In this document: positions 62,976 to 64,000 of the stretch, piece by piece
How positions within the stretch are numbered: the first letter of the stretch is position 1
Layout of the letters: each line of letters opens with the position of its first letter
DNA from: Lama glama
Taxonomy: Eukaryota
Direction: 5' to 3'
DNA: 64,000 bases
NCBI GenBank assembly: GCA_028534125.1
Contig: CM052817.1
Coordinates: 79,486,001-79,550,000, forward strand
Notes under the pieces: model-generated
What the model was told of the DNA's origin: nothing
The model's database searches: none
What the model saw: only the letters and a program-made list of their open reading frames with translations
Translations under genes and position numbers: made by a program

Positions 62976-63499
62976 GTTAAGAAACCAGGCATCAAGATGA
63001 AAAGATTAGGGGACCTATAAGGAAAAAAGTGAAACTGGGTGAAGATCCTTTGATATAATTCTTAAAAGCCAGTTGAGAAACCAAGACTTACTAGAATCAA
63101 AAGAGACAATCATATTTAAAAATCAACAAAAATACAGAACATATTCCACCTGGTCTTAGTGAGATGATTTTTTATTGTATTTTTTTTTCTAATTACATGT
63201 GATAAATCCAATGATACCCATGGAAGATAATCTTTTAACTGTTCCCTAGAAACTAAACTATTTATTTCTCTGATTTTTTTTCTTGATTTTTCTAAGCAGA
63301 ATTTAGTTTTAGTTAATGTAAAATCTTATTCCAGTTACTTACCAGACTCTTCTGTGTAGAATCTGCCATTTCAAATTTAGGTTTATTTTCTTTTGAATTT
63401 ATTCACAAGATTGTTATAGATAGGCTATCCTGTAAATAGTAACCTAACAAATTTATGTACCTATTTTATTACTTTGGGTTATTATAAACTATTTTTTAG

Positions 63500-63678
63500 G
63501 GAGAAGATGTTGATCTTCATTTGTTTCTACCAGATTGCCATCCTAGTAAATATTCATTATTTATGCTGGTAAAGAATTGCCACCCAAATAAAATGACTCA
63601 TGATACTGGTATTCCTGCCGAGTGTCAGAGTGGCCAGAAAACGGTTAAACCAAAATGGCGGAACATTACTCAAGAAAA
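63500..63678 (+). CDS. BLTP1: BLTP1 coding exon 16 (GEDVDLHLFLPDCHPSKY...KWRNITQEK)
   Basis: TTTTAG| acceptor, AA|GTAAGT donor, 179 nt. Confidence 0.96.
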
Positions 63679-63839
63679 GTAAGTACATGATATTAGTTAT
63701 CTAAGTATTTTGTGTAGAGAAATTACTCTTCCAGTGCTTTCAAAGAATAATAGTAAAATTTGATTATCTCTAACTGATGTCTGTATACAATTAAAGGAAT
63801 AAGCACCTGACTAAAAACTTTATTTTTTACTCTTCAAAG

Positions 63840-63946
63840 GGCTGGTTGGGTTGAATGCTGGACTGTCCCAAGTGTTATGCTTACAATTGATTATACATGG
63901 CATCCAATTTATCCACAAAAAGCAGATGAACAGCTAAAACAGTCAT
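63840..63946 (+). CDS. BLTP1: BLTP1 coding exon 17 (AGWVECWTVPSVMLTIDYTWHPIYPQKADEQLKQS); gene continues beyond the window
   Basis: TCAAAG| acceptor, T|GTAAGT donor, 107 nt. Confidence 0.96.
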
Positions 63947-64000
63947 GTAAGTGTTTTTGTATAATTTGTGCTTTAAAACATCTTGTGTTATAATTGATTA

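Noticed and set aside
1..64000. CRISPR arrays, tRNA/rRNA genes, operons or defence systems
   Set aside because: The sequence is mammalian intron-exon DNA; no repeat-spacer arrays or structural RNA genes were recognised.

Overview
Mammalian genomic DNA, most likely a camelid (inferred from the young LINE-1 3' ends). The window holds the 5' part of BLTP1 (KIAA1109/Tweek/FSA, bridge-like lipid transfer protein 1) on the + strand. It has a CpG-island promoter with a first exon ending at 10738, a probable 88-nt 5'UTR exon (12239-12326), and 17 GT-AG coding exons from ATG 22476 to 63946. These splice into one open frame of 679 codons plus 1 nt (MDQRKNESIVPS...QLKQS), and the gene continues past the window. 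Upstream are an L1 fragment and a decayed class I ERV gag-pro-pol body. Introns are full of L1, L2, MIR, MLT1, LTR16 and Charlie1 remnants, with two assembly gaps. No prokaryote-type systems are present. Most notable: (1) a diverged 76-bp tandem duplication gives coding exon 3 two intact competing splice acceptors, one of them frameshifting; (2) in the 5' leader, an exon-1 AUG gives either an Arg-rich N-terminal extension or a terminating uORF depending on exon-2 inclusion, and a separate uORF stop overlaps the main start (UAAUG); (3) a candidate in-frame 69-nt cassette exon; (4) a twin-primed inverted L1 and a ~57-bp micro-L1 with perfect target-site duplication. Repeat subfamily names and repeat boundaries are by-eye estimates.
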